DNA of 64,000 nt from the human T2T-CHM13v2.0 reference genome, Homo sapiens, in NCBI RefSeq assembly GCF_009914755.1, contig NC_060938.1, one strand, 5' to 3'. Below, piece after piece: positions 14,001-26,300 of this stretch (the stretch's first letter is position 1; every line of letters starts with the position of its first letter). A program made the position numbers and the translations under genes. The notes under the pieces were generated by a model, which was not told the DNA's origin, did no database searches, and saw nothing but the letters and a program-made list of their open reading frames with translations.

Positions 14001-17000
14001 GGAATAGAAAGGGATAGGACTGAGGAACACCGGTCGCTGCATTTAGAAAGGAGGCGGGGTCAGAGGAATAGAAAGGGATAGGCCTGAAGAACAGAGGTCG
14101 CTGCATTTAGAAAGGAGGCGTGGTCAGAGGAATAGAAAGGGACAGGGCTGAAGAACACAGGTCGCTGCATTTTGAAAGGAGGCGGGGTCAGAGGAATAGA
14201 AAGGGACAGGGCTGAAGAACAGAGGTCGCTGCATTTAGAAAGGAGGCGGGGTCAGAGGAATAGAAAGGGATAGGCCTGAAGAACAGAGGTCGCTGCATTT
14301 AGAAAGGAGGCGGGGTCAGAGGAATAGAAAGGGATAGGGCTGAAGAACACAGGTCGCTGCATTTAGAAAGGAGGTGGGGTCAGAGGAATAGAAAGGGATA
14401 GGGCTGAAGAACACAGGTCGCTGCATTTAGAAAGGAGGCGGGGTCAGAGGAATAGAAAGGGATAGGGCTGAAGAACAGAGGTCGCTGCATTTAGAAAGGA
14501 GGCGGGGTCAGAGGAATAGAAAGGGACAGGGCTGAAGAACACAGGTCGCTGCATTTAGAAAGGAGGCGGGGTCAGAGGAATAGAAAGGGACAGGGCTGAA
14601 GAACAGAGGTCGCTGCATTTAGAAATGAGGCGGGGTCAGAGGAATAGAAAGGGATAGGACAGAAGAACACAGGTCGCTGCATTTAGAAAGGAGGCGGGGT
14701 CAGAGGAATAGAAAGGGACAGGGTTGAAGAACACAGGTCGCTGCATTTAGAAAGGAGGCGGGGTCAGAGGAATAGAAAGGGACAGGGCTGAAGAACAGAG
14801 GTCGCTGCATTTAGAAAGGAGGCGGGGTCAGAGGAATAGAAAGGGACAGGGCCTGAAGAACACAGGTCGCTGCATTTAGAAAGGAGGCGGGGTCAGAGGA
14901 ATAGAAAGGGACAGGGCTGAAGAACACAGGTCGCTGCATTTAGAAAGGAGGCGGGGTCAGAGGAATAGAAAGGGATAGGGCTGAAGAACACAGGTCGCTG
15001 CATTTAGAAAGGAGGCGGGGTCAGAGGAATAGAAAGGGATAGGGCTGAAGAACAGAGGTCGCTGCATTTAGAAAGGAGGCGGGGTCAGAGGAATAGAAAG
15101 GGATAGGGCTGAAGAACAGAGGTCGCTGCATTGAGAAAGGAGGCGGGGTCAGAGGAATAGAAAAGGAGACGACTGAAGAACACAGGTCGCTGCATTTAGA
15201 AAGGAGGCGGGGTCAGAGGAATAGAAAGGGATAGGCCTGAAGAACACAGGTCGCTGCATTTAGAAAGGAGGCGGGGTCAGAGGAATAGAAAGGGACAGGG
15301 CTGAAGAACAGAGGTCGCTGCATTTAGAAAGGAGGCGGGGTCAGAGGAATAGAAAGGGATAGGCCTGAAGAACACAGGTCGCTGCATTTAGAAAGGAGGC
15401 GGGGTCAGAGGAATAGAAAGGGACAGGGCTGAAGAACACAGGTCGCTGCATTTAGAAAGGAGGCGGGGTCAGAGGAATAGAAAGGGATAGGGCTGAAGAA
15501 CAGAGGTCGCTGCATTTAGAAAGGAGGCGGGGTCAGAGGAATAGAAAGGGACAGGGCTGAAGAACAGAGGTCGCTGCATTTAGAAAGGAGGCGGGGTCAG
15601 AGGAATAGAAAGGGACAGGGCTGAAGAACAGAGGTCGCTGCATTTAGAAAGGAGGCGGGGTCAGAGGAATAGAAAGGGATAGGGCTGAAGAACACAGGTC
15701 GCTGCATTTAGAAAGGAGGCGGGGTCAGAGGAATAGAAAGGGATAGGACTGAAGAACAGAGGTCGCTGCATTTAGAAAGGAGGCGGGGTCAGAGGAATAG
15801 AAAGGGACAGGGCTGAAGAACAGAGGTCGCTGCATTTAGAAAGGAGGCGGGGTCAGAGGAATAGAAAGGGACAGGGCTGAAGAACACAGGTCGCTGCATT
15901 TAGAAAGGAGGCGGGGTCAGAGGAATAGAAAGGGATAGGGCTGAAGAACACAGGTCGCTGCATTTAGAAAGGAGGCGGGGTCAGAGGAATAGAAAGGGAT
16001 AGGGCTGAAGAACACAGGTCGCTGCATTTAGAAAGGAGGCGGGGTCAGAGGAATAGAAAGGGATAGGGCTGAAGAACACAGGTCGCTGCATTTAGAAAGG
16101 AGGCGGGGTCAGAGGAATAGAAAGGGATAGGGCTGAAGAACACAGGTCGCTGCATTTAGAAAGGAGGCGGGGTCAGAGGAATAGAAAGGGATAGGGATGA
16201 AGAACACAGGTCGCTGCATTGAGAAAGGAGGCGGGGTCAGAGGAATAGAAAGGGATAGGGCTGAAGAACACAGGTCGGTGCATTTAGAAAGGAGGCGGGG
16301 TCAGAGGAATAGAAAGGGATAGGGATGAAGAACACAGGTCGCTGCATTGAGAAAGGAGGCGGGGTCAGAGGAATAGAAAGGGATAGGCCTGAAGAACACA
16401 GGTCGCTGCATTTAGAAAGGAGGCGGGGTCAGGGGAATAGAAAGGGATAGGACTGAAGAACAGAGGTCGCTGCATTTAGAAAGGAGGCCGGGTCAGAGGA
16501 ATAGAAAGGGACAGGGCAGAAGAACATAGGTCGCTGCATTTAGAAAGGAGGCGGGGTCAGAGGAATAGAAAGGGACAGGGCTGAAGAACAGAGGTCGCTG
16601 CCTTTAGAAAGGAGGCGGGGTCAGAGGAATAGAAAGGGATAGGGCTGAAGAACAGAGGTCGCTGCATTTAGAAAGGAGGCGGGGTCAGAGGAATAGAAAG
16701 GGATAGGACTGAAGAACACAGGTCGCTACATTTAGAAAGGAGGCGGGGTCAGAGGAATAGAAAGGGATAGGCCTGAAGAACACAGGTCGCTGCATTTAGA
16801 AAGGAGGCGGGGTCAGAGGAATAGGAAGGGATAGGGCTGAAGAACAGAGGTCGCTGCATTTAGAAAGGAGGCGGGGTCAGAGGAATAGAAAGGGATAGGG
16901 CTGAAGAACACAGGTCGCTGCATTTAAAAAGGAGGCGGGGTCAGAGGAATAGAAAGGGATAGGCCTGAAGAACACAGGTCGCTGCATTTAGAAAGGAGGC

Positions 17001-20000
17001 GGGGTCAGAGGAATAGAAAGGGATAGGGCTGAAGAACAGAGGTCGCTGCATTTAGAAAGGAGGCGGGGTCAGAGGAATAGAAAGGGATAGGACTGAAGAA
17101 CACAGGACGCTGCATTTAGAAAGGAGGCGGGGTCAGAGGAATAGAAAGGGATAGGACTGAAGAACAGAGGTCGCTGCATTGAGAAAGGAGGCGGGGTCAG
17201 AGGAATAGAAAGGGACAGGGCTGAAGAACAGAGGTCGCTGCATTTAGAAAGGAGGCGGGGTCAGAGGAATAGAAAGGGACAGGGCTGAAGAACACAGGTC
17301 GCTGCATTTAGAAAGGAGGCGGGGTCAGAGGAATAGAAAGGGATAGGGCTGAAGAACAGAGATCGCTGCATTGAGAAAGGAGGCGGGGTCAGAGGAAATG
17401 AAAGGGATAGGGCTGAAGAACAGAGGTCGCTGCATTGAGAAAGGAGGCGGGGTCAGAGGAATAGAAAGGGACAGGGCTGAAGAACAGAGGTCGCTGCATT
17501 TAGAAAGGAGGCGGGGTCAGAGGAATAGAAAGGGATAGGGCTGAAGAACAGAGGTCGCTGCATTTATAAAGGAGGCGGGGTCAGAGGAATAGAAAGGGAT
17601 AGGGCTGAAGAACAGTGGTCGCTGCATTTAGAAAGGAGGCGGGGTCAGAGGAATAGAAAGGGACAGGGCTGAAGAACACAGGTCGCTGCATTTAGAAAGG
17701 AGGCGGGGTTAGAGGAATAGAAAGGGATAGGCCTGAAGAACAGAGGTCGCTGCATTTAGAAAGGAGGCGGGGTCAGAGGAATAGAAAGGGATAGGGCTGA
17801 AGAACACAGGTCGCTGCATTTAGAAAGGAGGCGGGGTCAGAGGAATAGAAAGGGATAGGACTGAAGAACAGAGGTCCCTGCATTTAGAGAGGAGGCGGGG
17901 TCAGAGGAATAGAAAGGGATAGGCCTGAAGAACACAGGTCGCTGCATTTAGAAAGGAGGCGGGGTCACAGGAATAGAAAGGGACAGGGCTGAAGAACAGA
18001 GATCGCTGCATTTAGAAAGGAGGCGGGGTCAGAGGAATAGAAAGGGATAGGGCTGAAAAACAGAGGTCGCTGCATTTAGAAAGGAGGCGGGGTCAGAGGA
18101 ATAGAAAGGGACAGGGCTGAAGAACACAGGTCGCTGCATTTAGAAAGGAGGCGGGGTCAGAGGAATAGAAAGGGATAGGGCTGAAGAACACAGGTCGCTG
18201 CATTTAGAAAGGAGGCGGGGTTAGAGGAATAGAAAGGGATAGGGCTGAAGAACAGAGGTCGCTGCATTTAGAAAGGAGGCGGGGTCAGAGGAATAGAAAG
18301 GGACAGGGCTGAAGAACACAGGTCGCTGCATTTAGAAAGGAGGCGGGGTCAGAGGAATAGAAAGGGATAGGGCTGAAGAACACAGGTCGCTGCATTTAGA
18401 AAGGAGGCGGGGTCAGAGGAATAGAAAGGGACAGGGCTGAAGAACACAGGTCGCTGCATTTAGAAAGGAGGCGGGGTCAGAGGAATAGAAAGGGACAGGG
18501 CTGAAGAACACAGGTCGCTGCATTTAGAAAGGAGGCGGGGTCAGAGGAATAGAAAGGGGCAGGGCTGAAGAACAGAGGTCGCTGCATTTAGAAAGGAGGC
18601 GGGGTCAGAGGAATAGAAAGGGACAGGGCTGAAGAACACAGGTCGCTGCATTTAGAAAGGAGGCGGGGTCAGAGGAATAGAAAGGGATAGGGCTGAAGAA
18701 CACAGGTCGCTGCATTTAGAAAGGAGGCGGGGTCAGAGGAATAGAAAGGGATAGGGCTGAAGAACAGAGGTCGCTGCATTTAGAAAGGAGGCGGGGTCAG
18801 AGGAATAGAAAGGGACAGGGTTGAAGAACACAGGTCGCTGCATTTAGAAAGGATGCGGGGTCAGAGGAATAGAAAGGGACAGGGCTGAAGAACACAGGTC
18901 GCTGCATTTAGAAAGGAGGCGGGGTCAGAGGAATAGAAAGGGACAGGGCTGAAGAACACAGGTCGCTGCATTTAGAAAGGAGGCGGGGTCAGAGGAATAG
19001 AAAGGGACAGGGCTGAAGAACACAGGTCGCTGCATTTAGAAAGGAGGCGGGGTCAGAGGAATAGAAAGGGACAGGGCTGAAGAACACAGGTCGCTGCATT
19101 TAGAAAGGAGGTGGGGTCAGAGGAATAGAAAGGGATAGGACTGAAGAACAGAGGTCGCTGCATTTAGAAAGGAGGCGGGGTCAGAGGAATAGAAAGGGAT
19201 AGGACTGAAGAACAGAGGTCGCTGCATTTAGAAAGGAGGCGGGGTCAGAGGAATAGAAAGGGATAGGGCTGAAGAACAGAGGTCGCTGCATTTAGAAAGG
19301 AGGCGGGGTTAGAGGAATAGAAAGGGATAGGACTGAAGAACAGATTTCGCTGCATTTAGAAAGGAGGCGTGGTCAGAGGAATAGAAAGGGATAGGACTGA
19401 AGAACAGAGGTCGCTGCATTGAGAAAGGAGGCGGGGTCAGAGGAATAGAAAGGGATAGGGCTGAAGAACAGAGGTCGCTGCATTGAGAAAAGAGGCGGGG
19501 TCAGAGGAATAGAAAGGGACAGGGCTGAAGAACAGAGGTCGCTGCATTTAGAAAGGAGGCGGGATCAGAGGAATAGAAAGGGATAGGACTGAAGAACAGA
19601 GGTCGCTGCATTGAGAAAGGAGGCGGGGTCAGAGGAATAGAAAGGGATAGGGCTGAAGAACAGAGGTCGCTGCATTGAGAAAAGAGGCGTTGTCAGAGGA
19701 ATAGAAAGGGACAGGGCTGAAGAACAGAGGTCGCTGCATTTAGAAAGGAGGCGGGGTCAGAGGAATAGAAAGGGATAGGGCTGAAGAACAGAGGTCGCTG
19801 CATTTAGAAAGGAGGCGGGGTCAGAGGAATAGAAAGGGACAGGGCTGAAGAACACAGGTCGCTGCATTTAGAAAGGAGGCGGGGTCAGAGGAATAGAAAG
19901 GGATAGGGCTGAAGAACAGAGGTCGCTGCATTTAGAAAGGAGGCGGGGTCACAGGAATAGAAAGGGACAGGGCTGAAGAACAGAGGTCGCTGCATTTAGA

Positions 20001-23000
20001 AAGGAGGCGGGGTCAGAGGAATAGAAAGGAATAGGGATGAAGAACACAGGTCGCTGCATTTAGAAAGGAGGCTGGGTCAGAGGAATAGAAAGGGATAGGG
20101 CTGAAGAACACAGGTCGCTGCATTTAGAAAGGAGGCGGGGTCAGAGGAATAGAAAGGGATAGGGCTGAAGAACACAGGTCGCTGCATTTAGAAAGGAGGC
20201 GGGGTCACAGGAATAGAAAGGGACAGGGCTGAAGAACAGAGGTCGCTGCATTTAGAAAGGAGGCGGGGTCAGAGGAATAGAAAGGGATAGGGCTGAAGAA
20301 CACAGGTCGCTGCATTTAGAAAGGAGGCGGGGTCACAGGAATAGAAAGGGACAGGGCTGAAGAACACAGGTCGCTGCATTTAGAAAGGAGGCGGGGTCAG
20401 AGGAATAGAAAGGAATAGGGATGAAGAACACAGGTCGCTGCATTTAGAAAGGAGGCTGGGTCAGAGGAATAGAAAGGGAAAGGGCTGAAGAACAGAGGTC
20501 GCTGCATTTAGAAAGGAGGCGGGGTCAGAGGAATAGAAAGAGATAGGGCTGAAGAACACAGGTCGCTGCATTTAGAAAGGAGGCGGGGTCAGAGGAATAG
20601 AAAGGGACAGGGCTGAAGAACACAGGTCGCTGCATTTAGAAAGGAGGCGGGGTTAGAGGAATAGAAAGGGATAGGGCTGAAGAACAGAGGTCGCTGCATT
20701 TAGAAAGGAGGCGGGGTCAGAGGAATAGAAAGGGATAGGCCTGAAGAACAGAGGTCGCTGCATTTAGAAAGGAGGCGGGGTTAGAGGAATAGAAAGGGAT
20801 AGGGCTGAAGAACAGAGGTCGCTGCATTTAGAAAGGAGGCGGGGTCAGAGGAATAGAAAGGGATAGGCCTGAAGAACAGAGGTCGCTGCATTTAGAAAGG
20901 AGGCGGGGTCAGAGGAATAGAAAGGGATAGGGCTGAAGAACAGAGGTCGCTGCATTTAGAAAGGAGGCGGGGTTAGAGGAATAGAAAGGGATAGGACTGA
21001 AGAACAGAGGTCGCTGCATTTAGAAAGGAGGCGGGGTCAGAGGAATAGAAAGGGACAGGGCTGAAGAACAGAGGTCGCTGCATTTAGAAAGGAGGCGGGG
21101 TCAGAGGAATAGAAAGGGACAGGACTGAAGAACACAGGTCGCTGCATTTAGAAAGGAGGCGGGGTCAGAGGAATAGAAAGGGACAGGGCTGAAGAACACA
21201 GGTCGCTGCATTTAGAAAGGAGGCGGGGTCAGAGGAATAGAAAGGGACAGAGCTGAAGAACACAGTTCGCTGCATTTAGAAAGGAGGCGGGGTCAGAGGA
21301 ATAGAAAGGGACAGGGCTGAAGAACACAGGTCGCTGCATTTAGAAAGGAGGCGGGGTCAGAAGAATAGAAAGGGACAGGGCTGAAGAACACAGGTCGCTG
21401 CATTTAGAAAGGAGGCGGGGTCAGAGGAATAGAAAGGGATAGGGCTGAAGAACAGAGGTCGCTGCATTTAGAAAGGAGGCGGGGTCAGAGGAATAGAAAG
21501 GGACAGGGCTGAAGAACAGAGGTCGCTGCATTTAGAAAGGAGGCGGGGTCAGAGGAATAGAAAGGGATAGGCCTGAAGAACACAGGTCGCTGCATTTAGA
21601 AAGGAGGCGGGGTCAGAGGAATAGAAAGGGATGGGGCTGAAGAACAGAGGTCGCTTCATTGAGAAAGGAGGCGGGGTCAGAGGAATAGAAAGGGATAAGA
21701 CTGAAGAACAGAGGTCGCTGCATTGAGAAAGGAGGCGGGGTCAGAGGAATAGAAAGGGATAGGACTGAAGAACAGAGGTCGCTGCATTTAGAAAGGAGGC
21801 GGGGTCAGAGGAATAGAAAGGGACAGGGCTGAAGAACACAGGTCGCTGCATTTAGAAAGGAGGCGGGGTCAGAGGAATAGAAAGGGATAGGACTGAAGAA
21901 CAGAGGTCGCTGCATTGAGAAAGGAGGCGGGGTCAGAGGAATAGAAAGGGATAGGACTGAAGAACACAGGTCGCTGCATTTAGAAAGGAGGCGGGGTCAG
22001 AGGAATAGAAAGGGACAGGGCTGAAGAACACAGGTCGCTGCATTTAGAAAGGAGGCGGGGTCACAGGAATAGAAAGGGATAGGACTGAAGAACAGAGGTC
22101 GCTGCATTGAGAAAGGAGGCGGGGTCAGAGGAATAGAAAGGGATAGGACTGAAGAACACAGGTCGCTGCATTTAGAAAGGAGGCGGGGTCAGAGGAATAG
22201 AAAGGGACAGGGCTGAAGAACACAGGTCGCTGCATTTAGAAAGGAGGCGGGGTCAGAGGAATAGAAAGGGATAGGCCTGAAGAACACAGGTCGCTGCATT
22301 TAGAAAGGAGGCGGGGTCAGAGGAATGGAAAGGGATAGGGCTGAAGAACAGAGGTCGCTGCATTTAGAAAGGAGGCGGGGTCAGAGGAATAGAAAGGGAT
22401 AGGACTGAAGAACACAGGTCGCTGCATTTAGAAAGGAGGCGGGGTCAGAGGAATAGAAAGGGACAGGGCTGAAGAACAGAGGTCGCTGCATTTAGAAAGG
22501 AGGCGGGGTCAGAGGAATAGAAAGGGATAGGGCTGAAGAACACAGGTCGCTGCATTTAGAAAGGAGGCGGGGTCAGAGGAATAGAAAGGGATAGGGCTGA
22601 AGAACAGAGGTCGCTGCATTTAGAAAGGAGGCGGGGTCAGAGGAATAGAAAGGGATAGGGCTGAAGAACAGAGGTCGCTGCATTTAGAAAGGAGGCGGGG
22701 TCAGAGGAATAGAAAGGGACAGGGCTGAAGAACACAGGTCGCTGCATTTAGAAAGGAGGCGGGGTCAGAGGAATAGAAAGGGATAGGCCTGAAGAACAGA
22801 GGTCGCTGCATTTAGAAAGGAGGCGGGGTCAGAGGAATAGAAAGGGATAGGACTGAGGAACACAGGTCGCTGCATTTAGAAAGGAGGCGGGGTCAGAGGA
22901 TTAGAAAGGGATAGGCCTGAAGAACAGAGGTCGCTGCATTTAGAAAGGAGGCGTGGTCAGAGGAATAGAAAGGGACAGGGCTGAAGAACACAGGTCGCTG

Positions 23001-23300
23001 CATTTTGAAAGGAGGCGGGGTCAGAGGAATAGAAAGGGACAGGGCTGAAGAACAGAGGTCGCTGCATTTAGAAAGGAGGCGGGGTCAGAGGAATAGAAAG
23101 GGATAGGCCTGAAGAACAGAGGTCGCTGCATTTAGAAATGAGGCGGGGTCAGAGGAATAGAAAGGGATAGGACAGAAGAACACAGGTCGCTGCATTTAGA
23201 AAGGAGGCGGGGTCAGAGGAATAGAAAGGGACAGGGTTGAAGAACACAGGTCGCTGCATTTAGAAAGGAGGCGGGGTCAGAGGAATAGAAAGGGACAGGG
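11100..23300 (+). repeat. Dispersed duplicated variant block (about 11.1-14.8 kb and about 19.9-23.3 kb), offset 8833 bp
   Basis: AAGGAATAG at 11197/20030, GATGGGG..CTTCATTGAG..GATAAGACT at 12800/21633, and GCGTGG..TTTTGAA at 14121/22954 are all offset by 8833 (138x64+1). Confidence 0.8.
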
Positions 23301-26300
23301 CTGAAGAACAGAGGTCGCTGCATTTAGAAAGGAGGCGGGGTCAGAGGAATAGAAAGGGATAGGCCTGAAGAACACAGGTCGCTGCATTTAGAAAGGAGGC
23401 GGGGTCAGAGGAATAGAAAGGGATAGGGCTGAAGAACACAGGTCGCTGCATTTAGAAAGGAGGCGGGGTTAGAGGAATAGAAAGGGACAGGGCTGAAGAA
23501 CAGAGGTCGCTGCATTTAGAAAGGAGGCGGGGTCAGAGGAATAGAAAGGGATAGGGCTGAAGAACACAGGTCGCTGCATTTAGAAAGGAGGTGGGGTCAG
23601 AGGAATAGAAAGGGACAGGGCTGAAGAACAGTGGTCGCTGCATTTAGAAAGGAGGCGGGGTCAGAGGAATAGAAAGGGACAGGGCTGAAGAACACAGGTC
23701 GCTGCATTTAGAAAGGAGGCGGGGTCAGAGGAATAGAAAGGGATAGGGCTGAAGAACAGTGGTCGCTGCATTTAGAAAGGAGGCGGGGTCAGAGGAATAG
23801 AAAGGGATAGGACTGAAGAACAGAGGTCGCTGCATTTAGAAAGGAGGCGGGGTCAGAGGAATAGAAAGGGATAGGGATGAAGAACACAGGTCGCTGCATT
23901 TAGAAAGGAGGCGGGGTCAGAGGAATAGAAAGGGACAGGGCTGAAGAACACAGGTCGCTGCATTTAGAAAGGAGGCGGGGTCAGAGGAATAGAAAGGGAC
24001 AGGGCTGAAGAACAGAGGTCGCTGCATTTAGAAAGGAGGCGGGGTCAGAGGAATAGAAAGGGATAGGGCTGAAGAACAGAGGTCGCTGCATTTATAAAGG
24101 AGGCGGGGTCAGAGGAATAGAAAGGGATAGGGCTGAAGAACAGTGGTCGCTGCATTTAGAAAGGAGGCGGGGTCAGAGGAATAGAAAGGGACAGGGCTGA
24201 AGAACACAGGTCGCTGCATTTAGAAAGGAGGCGGGGTTAGAGGAATAGAAAGGGATAGGCCTGAAGAACAGAGGTCGCTGCATTTAGAAAGGAGGCGGGG
24301 TCAGAGGAATAGAAAGGGATAGGGCTGAAGAACACAGGTCGCTGCATTTAGAAAGGAGGCGGGGTCAGAGGAATAGAAAGGCACAGGGCTGAAGAACACA
24401 GGTCGCTGCATTTAGAAAGGAGGCGGGGTCAGAGGAATAGAAAGGGATAGGGCTGAAGAACAGAGGTCGCTGCATTTAGAAAGGAGGCGGGGTCAGAGGA
24501 ATAGAAAGGGATAGGACTGAAGAACACAGGTCGCTGCATTTAGAAAGGAGGCGGGGTCAGAGGAATAGAAAGGGATAGGGCTGAAGAACACAGGTCGCTG
24601 CATTTAGAAAGGAGGCGGGGTCAGAGGAATAGAAAGGGATAGGACTGAAGAACACAGGTCGCTGCATTTAGAAAGGAGGCGGGGTCAGAGGAATAGAAAG
24701 GGATAGGGCTGAAGAACACAGGTCGCTGCATTTAGAAAGGAGGCGGGGTCAGAGGAATAGAAAGGGATAGGCCTGAAGAACAGAGGTCGCTGCATTTAGA
24801 AAGGAGGCGGGGTCAGAGGAATAGAAAGGGATAGGCCTGAAGAACACAGGTCGCTGCATTTAGAAAGGAGGCGGGGTCACAGGAATAGAAAGGGACAGGG
24901 CTGAAGAACAGAGGTCGCTGCATTTAGATAGGAGGCGGGGTCAGAGGAATAGAAAGGGATAGGGCTGAAAAACAGAGGTCGCTGCATTTAGAAAGGAGGC
25001 GGGGTCAGAGGAATAGAAAGGGACAGGGCTGAAGAACACAGGTCGCTGCATTTAGAAAGGAGGCGGGGTCAGAGGAATAGAAAGGGATAGGGCTGAAGAA
25101 CACAGGTCGCTGCATTTAGAAAGGAGGCGGGGTTAGAGGAATAGAAAGGGATAGGGCTGAAGAACAGAGGTCGCTGCATTTAGAAAGGAGGCGGGGTCAG
25201 AGGAATAGAAAGGGATAGGGCTGAAGAACACAGGTCGCTGCATTTAGAAAGGAGGCGGGGTCAGAGGAATAGAAAGGGACAGGGCTGAAGAACAGAGGTC
25301 GCTGCATTTAGAAAGGAGGCGGGGTCAGAGGAATAGAAAGGGACAGGGCTGAAGAACAGAGGTCGCTGCATTTAGAAAGGAGGCGGGGTCAGAGGAATAG
25401 AAAGGGATAGGACTGAAGAACAGAGGTCGCTGCTTTTAGAAAGGAGGCGGGGTCAGAGGAATAGAAAGGGATAGGGGTGAAGAACACAGGTCGCTGCATT
25501 TAGAAAGGAGGCGGGGTCAGAGGAATAGAAAGGGATAGGCCTGAAGAACACAGGTCGCTGCATTTAGAAAGGAGGCGGGGTCAGAGGAATAGAAAGGGAT
25601 AGGGGTGAAGAACACAGGTCGCTGCATTTAGAAAGGAGGCGGGGTCAGAGGAATAGAAAGGGATAGGGCTGAAGAACAGAGGTCGCTGCATTTAGAAAGG
25701 AGGCGGGGTCAGAGGAATAGAAAGGGATAGGCCTGAAGAACACAGGTCGCTGCATTTAGAAAGGAGGCGGGGTCAGAGGAATAGAAAGGGACAGGGCTGA
25801 AGAACACAGGTCGCTGCATTTAGAAAGGAGGCGGGGTCAGAAGAATAGAAAGGGATAGGACTGAAGAACACAGGTCGCTGCATTTAGAAAGGAGGCTGGG
25901 TCAGAGGAATAGAAAGGGATAGGCCTGAAGAACACAGGTCGCTGCATTTAGAAAGGAGGCGGGGTCAGAGGAATAGAAAGGGATAGGGCTGAAGAATAGA
26001 GGTCCCTGCATTTAGAAAGGAGGCGGGGTCAGAGGAATAGAAAGGGACAGGGCTGAAGAACACAGGTCGCTGCATTTAAAAAGGAGGCGGGGTCAGAGGA
26101 ATAGAAAGGGATAGGCCTGAAGAACACAGGTCGCTGCATTTAGAAAGGAGGCGGGGTCAGAGGAATAGAAAGGGATAGGGCTGAAGAACAGAGGTCGCTG
26201 CATTTAGAAAGGAGGCGGGGTCAGAGGAATAGAAAGGGATAGGACTGAAGAACACAGGTCGCTGCATTTAGAAAGGAGGCGGGGTCAGAGGAATAGAAAG

